Source: Longimicrobiales bacterium (GTDB lineage: Bacteria; Gemmatimonadota; Gemmatimonadetes; Longimicrobiales; Gaopeijiaceae). Taken from it: a stretch of DNA of 64,000 bases. The translations under genes were made by a program, and so were the position numbers. Location of the stretch: the NCBI GenBank assembly GCA_963555795.3, contig CAUVXA020000004.1:5055-69054 (forward strand), written 5' to 3'. Position 1 is the first letter of the stretch; each line of letters opens with the position of its first letter. The notes beneath the pieces were generated by a model, which was not told where the DNA came from, made no database searches, and was given only the letters and a program-made list of their open reading frames with translations. This document shows positions 49,033 to 57,790 of this stretch, in pieces.

Positions 49033-50723
49033 CCCGGATTTCTCACACAGTCACCGCTGAGGGCTTTGGGGGCAGCGTTGGGGCCGAGTTTCTGCCGAGG
49101 GAGCAGGTGGAGCAGAAGCAAGCGGCTCTGCGGCCGTGTTTTCGGGGGGCCAGAGTAGCGGGAACCGCTGCCTGAGCGAGCTTTTTTGGTCCTGCGGCGC
49201 AGTGGTCCCCGGAGGATCGGCTGGAACGGTTGTCTCGAAGGGGGTGTGGAGTCGTTACCCTGGCAATCGGGCGTGGACGCGTGCGAAGGCGGCGGCCGAC
49301 GGGTGTGCGGAGTCCATGGCGACCTTGACCCTTCGCACCGAGACCGTGACGCGGGCGCCGATCTTGAGGAGCTTGAGCCGCAGCGTTCCGGCGGTGGCGC
49401 GGGCCAGGCGGGTGCCGTGCAGCGCACGCCTGAGCGCAACGAAGAGGATCGAGGCGAAGGCGGAGAAGAGGATCCGGAGCTGGTTGGCGGCGAAGCGCGA
49501 CGCCGAGGTCCGGTCGGAGAAGAGATCGAGCTGCTGCTCCTTGATCGTGTTCTCCATGTTGCCCCTCGGGCAGTAGACGCGCTCGTAGACGGTCCGGGCC
49601 GAGAAGGTGTCGGGCAGCGAGGTGACCACGAAGCGCGGGTTGGCCTTGCCGGGCAGGTGCTCGGCCTTGGCGACGACCCGGCGCTTGCGGGACCAGCTTG
49701 TGAGTGTGGCGTAGAGGAACTCCTTGAACCGGCGGGCTGGGCGGCCCCGCCGCTTCGCCTCCGCCTGGGCGTCGGCCAGCTCCCAGCCGATCTTCTCGAC
49801 GAGCCGCGAGTTCCGGGCCAGGCCGATGACGTAGTCCACGCCGTTGCCCTCGCACCAGGCCAGGATCTCCTCGCGGGCATAGGAGGCATCGGCCCGAAGC
49901 AGGATCTCCAGTCCCGGCCACCGCTCCCGGAGCCGTTCGACGATGCGGCCCAGCGGCCCGGTCACGCCTCCGGCGGGATCCGCGTTGCCCGGCCTCAGTT
50001 GGGCGAAGAGCGGGCGGCCGCCGCAGGTGATGTAGAGCGGCAGGAAGCAGTAGTGGCCGTAGTAGCCGTGGAAGAAGCGGCCCTCCTGGCGCCCGTGGAC
50101 CTCGTCGTCGGTCGCGTCGATGTCGAGCACCAGGCGCGACGGCCGCCCGCCCTTCCAAGAGTCGATGAACGACTCGAGCAGCACGGCCTGCAGCGCGTCC
50201 GCATCATGGCCGATCCTGTGGTAGCGGCCCGGTTCGCCACTCGGGGGCGCGTGTTCAAGCCGGTTCAGGGTGCTCTTCCCCGCCAACGGCGCACAGTCCT
50301 TCCGATGTCCATCGAGCTTGCCGGAGAGCAGCGCCAGAACAGGGTCGTGCCGCAGCTGGTCGTGGTCGTTGAGGTCTTCGTATCCCAGGGTGATGCCCAT
50401 GACGCGCTGCCTCACCAGCGTCCCGACCGAGTGTTCCGTGAGACGGGGATCGCGGTAGTCGGTGAAGCAACCTGCCACCTGGTCCAGGAGCCCCACCGAC
50501 CGGTCGATCTCGCGGAGCAGCAGCACTCCGGCGTTCGACGTGATCGCGCCCCCGTCGAACGCGGCCGCTACCCTGCGGCCCTGGCACCCTTGAAATGCGA
50601 AGGAAAGCGGTTTACACTGTGTCGGCATCGGTCCTCCGGTGTCGTCGCTGTCAAGTTCTTGCCCCACATAAACTTAACAGCTCCCGGAGGCCGGTGCCTT
50701 CCTATGCGTTTGAGAAATCCGGG
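49033..50723 (-). mobile_element. IS1380-family element (1691 bp) with 4-bp TSD TTAG
   Basis: Inverted ends CCCGGATTTCTCA(C/A)AC. TTAG at 49029-49032 and 50724-50727. Confidence 0.85.
49255..50667 (-). CDS. IS1380-family transposase (start possibly at MPTQCKPL, 50628)
   Basis: FDGGAITSNAGVLLLREIDRSVGLLDQ, LTEHSVGTLVRQRVMGITLGYEDLNDHDQLRHDP, LVLDIDATDDEVHGRQEGRFFHGYYGHYCFLPLY, LRADASYAREE, PRGNMENTIKEQQLDLF. Confidence 0.9.
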   Translation of the reverse strand: MGQELDSDDTGGPMPTQCKPLSFAFQGCQGRRVAAAFDGGAITSNAGVLLLREIDRSVGLLDQVAGCFTDYRDPRLTEHSVGTLVRQRVMGITLGYEDLNDHDQLRHDPVLALLSGKLDGHRKDCAPLAGKSTLNRLEHAPPSGEPGRYHRIGHDADALQAVLLESFIDSWKGGRPSRLVLDIDATDDEVHGRQEGRFFHGYYGHYCFLPLYITCGGRPLFAQLRPGNADPAGGVTGPLGRIVERLRERWPGLEILLRADASYAREEILAWCEGNGVDYVIGLARNSRLVEKIGWELADAQAEAKRRGRPARRFKEFLYATLTSWSRKRRVVAKAEHLPGKANPRFVVTSLPDTFSARTVYERVYCPRGNMENTIKEQQLDLFSDRTSASRFAANQLRILFSAFASILFVALRRALHGTRLARATAGTLRLKLLKIGARVTVSVRRVKVAMDSAHPSAAAFARVHARLPG

Positions 50724-51083
50724 TTAGTACTGGGGATCGTTGGTTCGTATACCCTTCCATCAATGTTGACGCACCGAGGGCACATCCCTACATCGAGCAT
50801 GTGGATTTTCCCGAGGTCGTGATCTCGGAGACCAAAACGGGGTATTCGGTGAGCAGGTCCACCAGTTTCGCTACTACTCCCGTCTATTCCGCCTACGATT
50901 CGGACGTGAAAGGGGACACGCTTTTCGTGTTGGCTGGCGCATCGGCCGCTCGCGAAGCGCTGGACGTTTACACGATTGGTGACGGACAATACATAGAAAC
51001 GCGTTCGCTGCCGGGAAGATTCACGCGGGTCGCCTTAGCGGGCGATACTGTGTTCGTCATAGATCAACGGGGCGTATCCCCCG

Positions 51084-51551
51084 TCATCCTTGCACTCCAC
51101 TCAACGGAGAGATAGTCAAATGGAACGAATCAAGAACTTGTCGAGAGCGCTGTTTGTCCGCTTTCCTATCTCGCGCCCAGCAGTACAGTGCGGCTGCGAT
51201 GCCGCTTGCGACCGCATAGATTGCCAAATGGCCAAGAGGTACCGGGGTCGTGGCGCCCATCTTCATGAATAAGAAGATCAAGAGCGCCACCGCAACCAGG
51301 AACCCGAAGAGAATCAGCTGGTCCCACCCGGTGGGTCCGTCCGACTGCCGCGCCATTTCGGTGATTCCGACCATTACCTTTTGGTTCAAGTCCTGCGGAT
51401 CGTTCCGCATGCCGCTGCGCAAGTAGCGCGCACCTTGCTGAATCTGCCAGTCCAGCCAACAAGAATGGCATTCCTGGAGATGCTCCACCACCGCGGGGTC
51501 CGCTCTCGGAGTGCCGACTCGCGCGAGGTCGGCTAGATCAGGACAGGTCAT
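51084..51551 (-). CDS. Anti-sigma factor (zf-HC2 type) with one TM segment
   Basis: MTCPDLADLARVG...VVEHLQECHSCWLDW (H-x3-C-x2-C), then TM helices (LILFGFLVAVALLIFLF). The start overlaps the sigma-factor stop. Confidence 0.6.
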   Translation of the reverse strand: MTCPDLADLARVGTPRADPAVVEHLQECHSCWLDWQIQQGARYLRSGMRNDPQDLNQKVMVGITEMARQSDGPTGWDQLILFGFLVAVALLIFLFMKMGATTPVPLGHLAIYAVASGIAAALYCWARDRKADKQRSRQVLDSFHLTISPLSGVQG

Positions 51552-52257
51552 CTTTGCAATCCTTGAGTAGTTTCCGAAGTGTCGCCCTGACATGGCGCAC
51601 GTGGGACCGGACGGTCGTGGTTGACACGCCCAACTGACGTGCTACTTGCTTGGGGCTGTTTTCCTCCAGAACGACCAGTTCGTACGCCTCTAACCGGCGC
51701 GGTGGGAGCTCTGCGAGGGCGCTGTACAGGGCACCCAGGAATCGACGGTAGATCAACAGCCTCCACGGGTCACTCAATAGGGTGCCCATATGCTCGCGGG
51801 GGACGTGCCCGACCGAGTGCCGGGCGGTGGTCCCGTTCTGTGACTCCATGTTCGCACGCCAGTTGCGGGCGTGGCGATGCGCCAACTTGGCGACCCACCC
51901 GTTTAGCAATCCCCGGTCTTCGTAGAGGTTCCGCTGTTCCCACATGCGGATGCAAATCTCTTGGCATGGATCCTCCTGATCGTCGGGGGTGTCTGTGTAC
52001 GAGGCGGCGATGTTCGCGATCAGGGGAGAGACACGGTCCAGTATCTTTTCGAATTCTCTTGGATCCCCACGCCGAAAGGCTTCCCAGTCGATTTCTGTGT
52101 CGGCTCCGGCAATCGGATCCGGACTTTCGTCGAGATCAGGGGGTGTCTCCTCAGGGGGGTCAGAGGGTGTCTCCTCAGGAGGTGTCTCCTCAGGGGGTGT
52201 CCCCTCAGGGGGTGGTGTTCCGTCAGGCGGTGTTCCCCCGTTTGGGTCGAAGGTCAT
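51538..52257 (-). CDS. ECF (sigma-70 family) sigma factor with a Pro/Glu/Thr-rich N-terminal extension
   Basis: Region 2 (..ASYTDTPDDQEDPCQEICIRMWEQ..) and region 4 HTH (LPPRRLEAYELVVLEENSPKQVARQLGVSTTTVRSHVRHVRATLRKLL). The ATG overlaps the upstream stop (ATGA). Confidence 0.8.
   Translation of the reverse strand: MTFDPNGGTPPDGTPPPEGTPPEETPPEETPSDPPEETPPDLDESPDPIAGADTEIDWEAFRRGDPREFEKILDRVSPLIANIAASYTDTPDDQEDPCQEICIRMWEQRNLYEDRGLLNGWVAKLAHRHARNWRANMESQNGTTARHSVGHVPREHMGTLLSDPWRLLIYRRFLGALYSALAELPPRRLEAYELVVLEENSPKQVARQLGVSTTTVRSHVRHVRATLRKLLKDCKDDLS
52139..52240. repeat. Imperfect ~15-bp tandem repeats (GGTGTCTCCTCAGGG-like, 5-6 units) inside the sigma-factor 5' region
   Basis: They encode GTPPDGTPPPEGTPPEETPPEETPSDPPEETPPD on the minus strand. 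Confidence 0.75.
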
Positions 52258-53054
52258 TCCCAACGGCGTCCGCGAACGAGATAGATCAGCAGAAAACCCT
52301 CGGCTAAGGGGAACGACAGGGGGGCCCAAGCGGCGACGATCCCTGAACGCAGCACTCCGCTTTGGAGAAAGGTCTCTGTGGGCGCTGCAAAGCGCTGCAA
52401 TGCAAGGAAAGCGATCGCGCTCAACAGACCGATCGCAACGCGAGCATTTCGGCGCCGCCCGCGCTTGAGATCGACGGTCAACTGGGCGGCGATCACACCA
52501 AGGACCACGTTGATGAAGCCGAAGACCGCCATGGCTGGAGGGCGATGCAATTCCCAGCGGAGTACGTTCGGAGGGAAGCGATGGGGACTGCTCACCCTCA
52601 GGCTGTACTCATCAGGCGGGTTTGCCTCTACGAACCGCAGATTCCGGAGAACACCCACCGGCGTTCGTGCGCCGAACTGCCGTGCGGTTTCGGTCTCGGC
52701 CCCGAGGCGAACGAGGACTTGATGTTCGACCGCAGGTGCCGCCCAAGCTGCCACGAGGTAGCACACGGTGCTGGCGACGACGCCCCAAAAGACGACGGCG
52801 CGAATGACCTGCCGAGAGTATCCCAGAGTATCCCTCAGCGCCACACCACCCGCGAATACCAGGAATGGAAGGACGAACGCGGTGTCGTCCAGGACGAACG
52901 ACAGCCAGTGAAGCAAGCCTCCGGACCACTCGAAAGGAGGCCAGCGAAAAGAAGACAGGGGTCGTGCCGCGACGAATAGCAGAAGCCACGGCAGAACCGC
53001 CTTTGCGACTGCGGCTGAGACACGGATCTTGGATCGCTGAGGCCACATGGTCAT
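52254..53054 (-). CDS. Polytopic membrane protein, unknown family
   Basis: ATG after GGGGAG. About 6 hydrophobic segments with a central loop of about 70 aa. Confidence 0.5.
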   Translation of the reverse strand: MTMWPQRSKIRVSAAVAKAVLPWLLLFVAARPLSSFRWPPFEWSGGLLHWLSFVLDDTAFVLPFLVFAGGVALRDTLGYSRQVIRAVVFWGVVASTVCYLVAAWAAPAVEHQVLVRLGAETETARQFGARTPVGVLRNLRFVEANPPDEYSLRVSSPHRFPPNVLRWELHRPPAMAVFGFINVVLGVIAAQLTVDLKRGRRRNARVAIGLLSAIAFLALQRFAAPTETFLQSGVLRSGIVAAWAPLSFPLAEGFLLIYLVRGRRWE

Positions 53055-53081
53055 TCTTGGGACTCCCCGTAGGGGGCGCTT

Positions 53082-53276
53082 CTACTTGGAGCCCTGACAG
53101 TCGGCGTCGGTGCGACAGACCGTCCCATTAACGCAACAATCATGGCAACAATACGCTTCCGGCCCGTCACCTCGACAGTAGTTCCTCGTCCCCTTCGCGG
53201 TCGATCGTGGCTGGCCGGACTGAGCCGCCGCCAGAAGCAGATTCAGCAGGATAAGTAACACCGTCGCGAGTCGCAA
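53082..53276 (-). CDS. Small secreted cysteine-rich peptide (64-aa precursor, 7 Cys)
   Basis: TTG start 10 nt after GGAG. Signal peptide MRLATVLLILLNLLLAAA|Q. Mature part QSGQPRSTAKGTRNYCRGDGPEAYCCHDCCVNGTVCRTDADCQGSK. Confidence 0.5.
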   Translation of the reverse strand: MRLATVLLILLNLLLAAAQSGQPRSTAKGTRNYCRGDGPEAYCCHDCCVNGTVCRTDADCQGSK

Positions 53277-53611
53277 TCTCTTCGTGCTCCTGGATTATGG
53301 GTTTGCTCGTCATGAGAGGGATCCCTTCAGAGTCCCTCCAACCCTTAGTAAACAGGTCTCAGGGGAGAAACGTGCAAAGGGTGTGTCTTCCTGAAGCCCA
53401 ATACGGTTCTGGCGCCCGAGTAGCCCACCCACTTTCTGAACCTTCGTCGACAGGGCCCACGACGCCCGAGAAAGGGCGAGATTGCACGTTTCCGGCGTGA
53501 GAACTGTTCCCTGATCATGACCGCATGAATCCCCCGACGAGCCCAACCGGGGATCCGTGCGCCAAGAGACTCCATTGACCCAACATCCAACAGTGAGATT
53601 CCGAGCTGCCT

Positions 53612-54160
53612 ATGACACTGTTACTCGATCGAAGAATCACCCGTACCGGAAGAAGGGGGGCACTCAAAGCCTTGGTTGCGGTCTTGGCCTTGCTGGCGGC
53701 TGTTCAGACTGTGACCCTCGGGCTTCCAATGCTTGGTACCCAGGACCACCTTCAAGCGATATCGGTCGGCTACGATTTGTCGTCGGTATCCATCAGCCAC
53801 GCAGACGGCACCGTATCCAGCCTCGGAGCCGGGAAACCCACCCTCGTGCTGGTGTTCGATCCGACCTGTGCGCACTCTCGTCGGATCGCCTCGGAGTGGT
53901 CGTCCTGGCTTAGCGCCGCTGATCTTGAGGAGCAATCCGTTCTTGCCATTTCGCCCGGGCCGCTTTCTGAAGCCATCTCCTACGCGCGGGAGGTGGACTG
54001 GCCGGTGCAGGTCGGGTCCATTGAAAGGGATCCTGCCTTTCAACTCAGCGAGGCACTTACGCAACGGACGCCTTGGGTTTTCGCGGTGGATGGTGCAGGC
54101 CGTGTAGTGGCGGAGGGACACGGCTCCAAACTTCGTGAAATGACCTTGGCGCTTGAGTAA
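53612..54160 (+). CDS. Membrane-anchored thioredoxin-fold (TlpA/redoxin-like) protein with CxxS
   Basis: TM (ALKALVAVLALLAAV), KPTLVLVFDPTCAHSRRIASEW, ...TPWVFAVDGAGRVVAEG. Confidence 0.55.
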   Translation: MTLLLDRRITRTGRRGALKALVAVLALLAAVQTVTLGLPMLGTQDHLQAISVGYDLSSVSISHADGTVSSLGAGKPTLVLVFDPTCAHSRRIASEWSSWLSAADLEEQSVLAISPGPLSEAISYAREVDWPVQVGSIERDPAFQLSEALTQRTPWVFAVDGAGRVVAEGHGSKLREMTLALE

Positions 54161-54196
54161 GCCCCCCGCCCGCGCATCGACCGGTACTTCCCCTGC

Positions 54197-54219
54197 GGGT
54201 TAGACTATTCCACTAACCC
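54197..54219 (+). terminator. Weak hairpin after the thioredoxin-like gene
   Basis: GGGTTAG-actattcca-CTAACCC (7-bp stem). No U-tract follows. Confidence 0.2.
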
Positions 54220-54294
54220 GACGTGAAGCCCAGATGGGTACGCTGGGCCGCTCCGGCTGAAGCTGTGTTACGGGCGTGGAGGCGTACAAAGGTC

Positions 54295-54717
54295 ATGACT
54301 TCAGGTGTCGGAGAACCCCTTGGTCACGTGGCGGGCTCGGCCCCGGATACGACCGAGTCCACTCGCGAGCCCGCGTTCCCAAGACGGATCTGCGTCGAGT
54401 CGCCCGGGGTCCGGGAGCTGCGCGGTGACGGCGTCTCGATCGTCGTGATCGACAGCGGGGTGAACGCGGAGCATCCGCATGTGGGCCGCGTGGCCGGCGG
54501 GACGCGGGTCGACCTGTCGGGCGATGTCTCGGGAGACTTCGTGGACCGAATCGGACACGGAACGGCGGTCTTCGCGGCCATCCAGGAGAAGGCGCCGGGG
54601 GCGGAGTTGTACGCCGTGCGCGTCTTCGAGGACAGGCTCAGGACGAGTGTGCGTGCACTGGTGGCCGCGATCGACTGGGCGGCCGAGCGGCGGGTGCGGG
54701 TCGTGAACCTGAGCCTG
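54295..54717 (+). pseudogene. Truncated duplicate of the S8 peptidase (N-terminal half only)
   Basis: 54411-54717 matches 43131-43437 ungapped with 13 mismatches in 307 nt. It retains the Asp and His boxes and breaks right after VVNLSL. Confidence 0.8.
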
Positions 54718-54765
54718 CCCTTCCGGCGGCTCGTCTCAAGTTTGCGTTCGGCCCGCCGCGGCCCA

Positions 54766-56025
54766 ATGCTCACCTCGAAGAAGGCGACTCAAAGTCGATT
54801 GGATGGACTACCCATAATCAAGCCACCGCGAAGCGCAGCAACTCTGGACCACACCGTCAGACGACGGGTGGCCACGCGAGTCCTGGCCCTTCTGCTGTCG
54901 CTGTCAATCCTGACCTTGGCGCGAGGCGGAGAGGCCCAGGAGGCGGGCCAGGGGCAAGTCACGATCACGGGGACGGTCGTCAATGCGGTCACGGGGCAGC
55001 CCCTACCCGGAGTTCTCGTTGTGATCGGCCGGGCGGGTGTTCGGCTCGAGTCCGACCCCGCGGGACGGTTTACGCTCGCCCGGATCCCCGTCGGTACCTA
55101 CACTCTGGAGCTTTCCCGTCCGGGCTATCACCCTTCGGCGGACGACTTCACGGTGATGCGCGCTGGAGAATTCGTTACGGCCATGGAACCCGTGGATTAC
55201 GGGGCGGACGGGCTTCTGACGGGCATCATCGGCGTCGTGAGGGACGGCGTTGACGGCAGCCCGGTCGTCGGCGCCACAGTCCAGACGGAAGCTGCGCCGC
55301 AGGGGACGCTGACCGACGCACGAGGCCGCTTCAGCCTCACCGAGTTGTCCCCCGGCCAGCACCTCGTCAGCTTTTCCGACTTGGGGTACACGACCCGCGC
55401 CGACTCGATCCACGTGGTGCCCGGGCGCCTGACCAACGTGCGCGTCTCGCTCTCGGTCGACCCAGTGGAGCTGGATCCGATCCAGGTCAGCGTCGAGAGA
55501 CGGGAGATCGTCCTGCAAGACGTGGGATTCTACGCCCGCGAGGCCGTCGGCTTCGGGAAATTCATCGATCGCGAGGATATTGAGAATTGGGCTCCTGTGG
55601 AGCTGACCGATCTGTTCACCCGGCTTCCGGGAGTGGATGTGCTCCCGGATGCTGGAAACCCATTGGAGAGGTACATCATGCTCAGCGGGGGCCGCAGCGA
55701 AGGTTGTTTTCCCCGCGTGGTGCTTGACGGCATGATGGTACAAGGGGGAGGGAGCGAGCCCGCTCGGATCGACCGTCTACTCACCCCCGGCGTCGTGGCA
55801 GGCGTGGAAGTGTACCCGAGGTCGGCGGGAGTACCGATTCAGTACAGCGGAACGGGATCGTCGTGCGGTGTTGTCATTATCTGGACGAGGCGAGGGGTTG
55901 GACTTTACCGCCCCCCACCCCGCTCCCAGTCCTCCCGCAGCCAATCCACCAGGAGCGCGATCTGGACGTCGCTGAGGATCTCATCGGGCCCGAAGGCCGG
56001 CATCCGGTCGTTGCGGTCCCCGTAG
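54766..56025 (+). CDS. Secreted protein with tandem CarboxypepD_reg-like domains and a TonB-plug-like C-terminus
   Basis: Signal (VLALLLSLSILTLARG). VTITGTVVNAVTGQPLPGVLVVI...DPAGRFTLARIPVGTYTLELSRPGY and a second copy. ..FTRLPGVDV...LSGGRS.GCFPRVVLDG...VAGVEVYPR...CGVVIIWTRRG. The last ~40 codons overlap the convergent cytochrome gene and may not be native. Confidence 0.65.
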   Translation: MLTSKKATQSRLDGLPIIKPPRSAATLDHTVRRRVATRVLALLLSLSILTLARGGEAQEAGQGQVTITGTVVNAVTGQPLPGVLVVIGRAGVRLESDPAGRFTLARIPVGTYTLELSRPGYHPSADDFTVMRAGEFVTAMEPVDYGADGLLTGIIGVVRDGVDGSPVVGATVQTEAAPQGTLTDARGRFSLTELSPGQHLVSFSDLGYTTRADSIHVVPGRLTNVRVSLSVDPVELDPIQVSVERREIVLQDVGFYAREAVGFGKFIDREDIENWAPVELTDLFTRLPGVDVLPDAGNPLERYIMLSGGRSEGCFPRVVLDGMMVQGGGSEPARIDRLLTPGVVAGVEVYPRSAGVPIQYSGTGSSCGVVIIWTRRGVGLYRPPPRSQSSRSQSTRSAIWTSLRISSGPKAGIRSLRSP

Positions 56026-57731
56026 AACCGAGCGTGGGACGGGTCGCGGATGATCGCCGTTAGCCATTCCCTCGAACCGAAGCCGGTGAGCACCGGACCC
56101 CGGGGCTCCTCCACGACCCCCTGGAACTCGTGGCACTCCGTGCAGCGGATCGATGCGGAAGAGATCAGCGCGACGCCCTCGGCGATGTCCTCGCGGTCGG
56201 CCTCGTCCGCCGCGGCCTGATAGGACAGTGCCGCCTGAGCCGACAGGGCCTTGACCACCTTGGCGAGCTGCTCCCGGCGGTCGGCGTCGAAGCCGGCGAC
56301 CCGACTCTGCACCATCCGCACCATCCGTCCGCGGGCGAACTCGGTCCCTCCGAAGTACTCGAGCGACGAGACGCGATCGGGATCCAGCAGCCCGGTCAAC
56401 CACTCGCGGCTCGCGAACCTCTTGAGGTCTGCGGCCGTCTGCGGCTCCGCCAGGGGTCTGCCCGTGCCGTCGTGGCCGTCGTAGGTGTGACAGCTGGCGC
56501 ACTTGTCGGCGAACAGGCGTGGTCCCTGCGTGAACGGGTCGGCCCCGAGCAGCGTCAGCGCCCCTCCCGGCGGAATGCCGTTGGGTCCGGCGGCCAGTTC
56601 GGCGACGCGGTCCGCCTCCGCCTCGGCGCTGTTGTGCGCGAAGACGAACTCCTCGTCCGCGCCGTCCTGGGTGTACGCCTGCCACGTCAGCAGCGCGATG
56701 CCGCCCAGCACAACGGCGGTCAGGCCCAGGTTGAAGCGATGGCCGAGGCGCCACCTCCCGGCCAGCGGCATGAGCGCGATGAGCGTGACGACGATCCCCG
56801 GGATCACGATCGCACCGATCACCTCGGTGCCCGCCGGGAAGTACTTCAGCCACTGGAAGAGGAACATGAAGTACCATTCGGGGCGCGCGGCCGGGAACGG
56901 TTCGCTGGGGTCGGCGGGAGCGCCCAGGGGTGCGCCGCCCGCGCGGATCACCAGGTAGAGCACGGCCGCCATGACCGCGAGGCACGCCACCGCGTCGCGC
57001 AGCGCCTGATCGGGCCAGAAGAGGCCGTCGCGCCGCTTGCGGGCGGGCTCGCGGGCCGCGCCCTCGCTCCCGCCGTCCGTTGTGATGCCGTGCCGCCTGA
57101 ACAGGAATATGTGGCCCGCGATCAGGGCCATCAGAGCCCCCGGCAACACGCCGGCGTGCAGCGCGAAGAAGCGCGTCAGGGTGAGGTGGCCGTACTCCGC
57201 GCCCCCGACGAGTACCCTCTGTAGCGCCGGGCCCACCACGGGGGTGACCGACGCGATGCTGGTGGCCACCTTCGTCGCCCAGTACCCCTGCTGGTCCCAG
57301 GGCAGCAGGTAGCCCGTCAGCGACAGCCCCATCACGATGTGGAGCAGCGCGAGGCCGAACCAGAAGTTCACCTCGCGGGGTGCCTTGTAGGCGCCGGCCA
57401 CCACCACCTGCATGAGGTGCAGGACGAGCAGCACCATCGTGGCGTGGGCCATATAGTGATGTATTCCCCGGAGCATCCACCCGCCGGCCATGCCGTTTTC
57501 TATATAGTAGACGCTTTCCCATGCGCCATTCGCATTGGGGCTGTACCCCGCCCACAGGACCAGTCCCGTGACGAACTGGACGGCCATGGCGAAGAGGAGG
57601 GTGCTCCCCCACACGTAGCGCCACTTCGCACCTCCGGGGATGGGTTCCACCAGAGCCTTGTACAGAAGGCCCCGGTAACCGGTGCGGTCATCGAGCCAGC
57701 TGAGGAGCCCGCGGCCGAAACCCCGCGGCAT
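55905..57731 (-). CDS. Cytochrome b (N- and C-terminal domains) fused to a di-haem cytochrome c domain
   Basis: RGIHHYMAHATMVLLVLH and FFALHAGVLPGALMALIAGH (haem b His pairs), PEWYFMFLFQWLKYFP, then CASCH and CTECH motifs. Confidence 0.85.
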   Translation of the reverse strand: MPRGFGRGLLSWLDDRTGYRGLLYKALVEPIPGGAKWRYVWGSTLLFAMAVQFVTGLVLWAGYSPNANGAWESVYYIENGMAGGWMLRGIHHYMAHATMVLLVLHLMQVVVAGAYKAPREVNFWFGLALLHIVMGLSLTGYLLPWDQQGYWATKVATSIASVTPVVGPALQRVLVGGAEYGHLTLTRFFALHAGVLPGALMALIAGHIFLFRRHGITTDGGSEGAAREPARKRRDGLFWPDQALRDAVACLAVMAAVLYLVIRAGGAPLGAPADPSEPFPAARPEWYFMFLFQWLKYFPAGTEVIGAIVIPGIVVTLIALMPLAGRWRLGHRFNLGLTAVVLGGIALLTWQAYTQDGADEEFVFAHNSAEAEADRVAELAAGPNGIPPGGALTLLGADPFTQGPRLFADKCASCHTYDGHDGTGRPLAEPQTAADLKRFASREWLTGLLDPDRVSSLEYFGGTEFARGRMVRMVQSRVAGFDADRREQLAKVVKALSAQAALSYQAAADEADREDIAEGVALISSASIRCTECHEFQGVVEEPRGPVLTGFGSREWLTAIIRDPSHARFYGDRNDRMPAFGPDEILSDVQIALLVDWLREDWERGGGR

Positions 57732-57790
57732 TCGACCGGCGCTGCCTCCCGGCTGGGCGCTGCGCTCTGCGTCGCTCCTTCGCTCGGCGC

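Larger units (their letters stand above)
46465..51115 (+). pseudogene. Beta-propeller-type lipoprotein (paralog 5) broken by two IS insertions and one frameshift
   Basis: Pieces at 46465-46678, 48553-49032 and 50728-51115. MRLKYIGVACLAILACS lipobox. Frame change between about 46584 and 46610. ..GGPDDTLLA|APIRMAAAPMGGVYVLD across IS B2. ..GRWGYALS|TGDRWFVYPS across the IS at 49033. GGGPGEI motif. Confidence 0.75.

Noticed and set aside
49186-50727. 513-aa plus-strand ORF, and the 371/286-aa minus-strand alternates.
   Set aside because: They are antisense or out of frame relative to the IS1380 transposase at 49255-50667.
55981-57624. 547-aa minus-strand alternate frame and the 364-aa plus-strand ORF at 56130-57224.
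   Set aside because: They overlap the cytochrome b/c gene. They are Arg/Gly/Pro-rich with no haem or TM pattern.
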